DNA of 24,000 nt from Patescibacteria group bacterium (GTDB lineage Bacteria; Patescibacteriota; Patescibacteriia; UBA10025): positions 509-24,508 of the forward strand of contig JBAZCI010000020.1 in assembly GCA_041671025.1 (NCBI GenBank), given 5' to 3'. Below the pieces are notes generated by a model. It ran no database searches and was not told the DNA's origin. It saw nothing but the letters and a program-made list of their open reading frames with translations. Every line of letters begins with the position of its first letter. Position 1 is the first letter of the stretch. Positions 22,356 through 24,000 of the stretch are shown piece after piece. The position numbers and the translations under genes are program-made.

Positions 22356-22361
22356 TATACT
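22333..22361 (+). promoter_or_regulatory. sigma70-type promoter for the HU gene, TTGATC - 17 nt - TATACT, embedded in the 3' end of ymdB
   Basis: Read directly. It lies 23 nt upstream of the HU ATG. Confidence 0.45.
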
Positions 22362-22384
22362 AAAAAAACTAATAAATTTCGCAT

Positions 22385-22666
22385 ATGAACAAAGCAGAAC
22401 TCATTAATGCAATCGCCGAAAAAACTGGCGTCGCCAAAAAGCAGGCTGAAGACATGCTTGAGGCTTTTACCTTAACCATAACCGACGTTCTGAAGGCAAA
22501 GGGTGAAGTAACTATCACCGGCTTTGGCACATTTATGGCCAAAGAGCGTTCCGCCCGCGCCGGAGTCAATCCCCAGAATCCCAGCGAGCGTATCCAGATT
22601 GGTGCTGTGACTATCCCTAAATTCAAATCAGGAAAAGCACTTAAGGACGCGCTAAAAGGAAAATAG
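22385..22666 (+). CDS. hup: HU family DNA-binding protein
   Basis: 93 aa. MNKAELI.AIAEKTG ... GFGTF ... R.ARAGVNPQNP ... IPKFKSGKALKDAL. Confidence 0.95.
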   Translation: MNKAELINAIAEKTGVAKKQAEDMLEAFTLTITDVLKAKGEVTITGFGTFMAKERSARAGVNPQNPSERIQIGAVTIPKFKSGKALKDALKGK

Positions 22667-22797
22667 CAGTCACATGCCAATGGATCTGCGCACACCCACC
22701 TGTGAACACGATGGGTGGGTTTAGGTATCGGCGTTCTTGCCTCCAACTTTAATCATGTCCTAATAGTCCCCTCATTATTAACAATAAGAAATTCACT

Positions 22798-23253
22798 ATG
22801 TCAACAAAGAATAACAAGACAGGAAAAAAGAAGTACGAGGGATTCTCAGAATTTGAACGGGAAGCGATGCAAGCCCGCGCCAAAGAACTGCTCGCGGAAG
22901 CACGCGCGAGCAAGAATAACGCTCAGGGTGAGCGAGACATTCTCGCAGCTATCGCCAAGATGTCAGAACCGGATCGCAGTATGGCCAAACGGCTGCATAC
23001 CCTTATCACGAAGCATGCCCCGGGTCTCTCACCAAAAACCTGGTACAGCATGCCTGCCTATGCCAAAGGCGATAAAGTTGTCTGCTTCTTCCAAGCAGCG
23101 AGCAAGTTCAAATCGAGATACGCGTCATTAGGCTTCAGTGACACAGCAAAACTCGACGACGGGGCGATGTGGCCAGTTGCTTTCGCGCTCAAGAAGTTAA
23201 CTGCCACCGAGGAAGCCAAAATCGCCGCACTGTTGAAGAAGGGGGTAAGGTGA
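22798..23253 (+). CDS. DUF1801 (YdhG-like) domain protein
   Basis: 151 aa. The pattern [48 protein letters not shown] matches the YdhG/DUF1801 core as I remember it. The N-terminus is Lys-rich. Confidence 0.55.
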   Translation: MSTKNNKTGKKKYEGFSEFEREAMQARAKELLAEARASKNNAQGERDILAAIAKMSEPDRSMAKRLHTLITKHAPGLSPKTWYSMPAYAKGDKVVCFFQAASKFKSRYASLGFSDTAKLDDGAMWPVAFALKKLTATEEAKIAALLKKGVR

Positions 23254-23324
23254 GATTATTAAATATATAAATCTCACGGTATTCATGCTGAATTTACTGA
23301 GCAGTCATGTGAAACAAAGCCGAC

Positions 23325-23813
23325 TTATCGGGATTTAATCAATTGCTCAAATGACTCCTTAGTAATCGAAGGATCTACTCCAACCATCTTTGCAGTACGT
23401 TCACGCCATCCGCCTACGTTGTTGTCTGTATCCCATGATGACGCCCTGTTATCCATATCAAAATAGAAATATTTCAGAGTTTTTAGCATTGTGCTCCTCG
23501 CTACTAACCGAGGAACCACAATAAAATAAATAACAATAATTAGCATCCCGACGGAAAAGCTGAGAACAACGAGCATCGCGGTACGAGGAATTGACACGAA
23601 CAATGCCACAATACTCGCCAATACCCCTAAGGCGTTGACGCTAACCCCTATGACTGTGGCCATTCTCTGTTTTCCGATTTCCGCCGCCATGTTTAAATTA
23701 TAACCATGGCGTTGAACAGATAAAATCGCAGCAGTCCTCCCACTTAATCCGACGGTCCCGAAGCCCCAGATAATAGTCCCAGCGAGTCCAAGAATGATTC
23801 CTATTATTTCCAT
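23325..23813 (-). CDS. hypothetical integral membrane protein (162 aa, about 4 TM segments)
   Basis: Four hydrophobic stretches (IIGIILGLAGTIIWGFGTVGL, VIGVSVNALGVLASIVALFV, AMLVVLSFSVGMLIIVIYFIVV and others) and a soluble C-terminal tail. I recognised no family. The gene is visibly AT-rich. Confidence 0.55.
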   Translation of the reverse strand: MEIIGIILGLAGTIIWGFGTVGLSGRTAAILSVQRHGYNLNMAAEIGKQRMATVIGVSVNALGVLASIVALFVSIPRTAMLVVLSFSVGMLIIVIYFIVVPRLVARSTMLKTLKYFYFDMDNRASSWDTDNNVGGWRERTAKMVGVDPSITKESFEQLIKSR

Positions 23814-23875
23814 TTCTATCGGTAATTAACTTAACCCTGAGTCAAAGAAGGGTTAACTTGCGCAAAAATCTGCCT

Positions 23876-23951
23876 TGGTGGGTCGTGGAGGAATCGAACC
23901 TCCAACCTTGGGCTTAAGAGGCCCCTGCTCTACCAATTGAGCTAACGACCC
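23876..23951 (-). tRNA. tRNA-Lys (anticodon CTT), CCA encoded
   Basis: Folded by hand. Acceptor GGGTCGT/ACGACCC, D arm GCTC-AATTGGTA-GAGC, anticodon loop CTCTTAA, T arm GGAGG-TTCGATT-CCTCC, 3' end ACCA. Confidence 0.85.
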
Positions 23952-24000
23952 ATGCAATGCCTACATCAACGGGATACAAACGAACGTGCACCAGTACACG

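Noticed and set aside
22694-22720. Hairpin ACCCACC-N13-GGTGGGT after the HU gene, considered as a terminator
   Set aside because: The stem is only 7 bp, the loop is large, and it is followed by UUAGG rather than a U-tract. That is too weak to call. The hairpin GTGAGATT-N12-AATCTCAC at 23250-23277 has the same problem.
22369-22746. 125-aa ORF antisense to the HU gene
   Set aside because: It is antisense to a highly conserved gene and has no recognisable motifs. This is a typical shadow ORF.
22715-23131. 138-aa ORF overlapping the DUF1801 gene in another frame
   Set aside because: Its composition is Arg/Ser/Pro-rich and frame-shifted. The 22798 frame has the family-like core and a sensible end.
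1-24000. Alternative genetic code (UGA recoding, as in some candidate phyla)
   Set aside because: Conserved genes (infB, rny, clpP, gdh, the giant gene) are uninterrupted under the standard code, and TGA ends the DUF1801 gene at 23251-23253.

Overview
This 24-kb chromosomal window is compact and consists mostly of housekeeping genes. I call 24 protein-coding genes (one truncated at the left edge) and 4 tRNAs. I found no rRNA, CRISPR array, transposase, integrase or reverse transcriptase. The standard genetic code fits: TGA, TAA and TAG all act as stops, and conserved genes have no in-frame stops. The gene content points to a small-genome bacterium, possibly Patescibacteria/CPR-like, but that is inference only. 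It includes infB-rbfA, a DHH phosphoesterase, clpP, rny-ymdB, HU, lspA, a YifB/ComM ATPase, glutamate dehydrogenase, thioredoxin, uridine kinase and bactofilin. The style fits the same reading: almost no Shine-Dalgarno sequences, many near-consensus TTGACA-17-TATAAT promoters with short leaders, and one giant secreted repeat protein. Six things deserve a second look. (1) A 23-nt identical palindromic repeat (core TTGTTCCACGTGGAACAA) brackets exactly the AT-rich uridine kinase gene next to a tRNA cluster, and a third copy lies upstream of a redox-regulator promoter. (2) A 1552-aa secreted protein carries 11 beta-sandwich modules and a 7-blade FG-GAP-like propeller. Upstream of it sits an orphan promoter-to-terminator unit of about 145 nt, containing a 26-codon ORF whose stop codon lies inside the terminator hairpin. 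(3) A membrane-anchored protein made of three copies of an unrecognised ~135-aa two-cysteine module sits as its own transcription unit between rbfA and the DHH phosphoesterase. (4) A CsoR-family regulator lacks the copper-ligand histidine and carries a CxxC. A matching C-tract/G-tract operator lies on its own promoter, and a WCPPC thioredoxin and gdh lie downstream. (5) A ~40-nt intergenic element is present at two distant loci. (6) A TrmB-family regulator has a TGM-like half-site array in its own upstream region. All functional calls come from reading motifs in the supplied translations. No database search was run.
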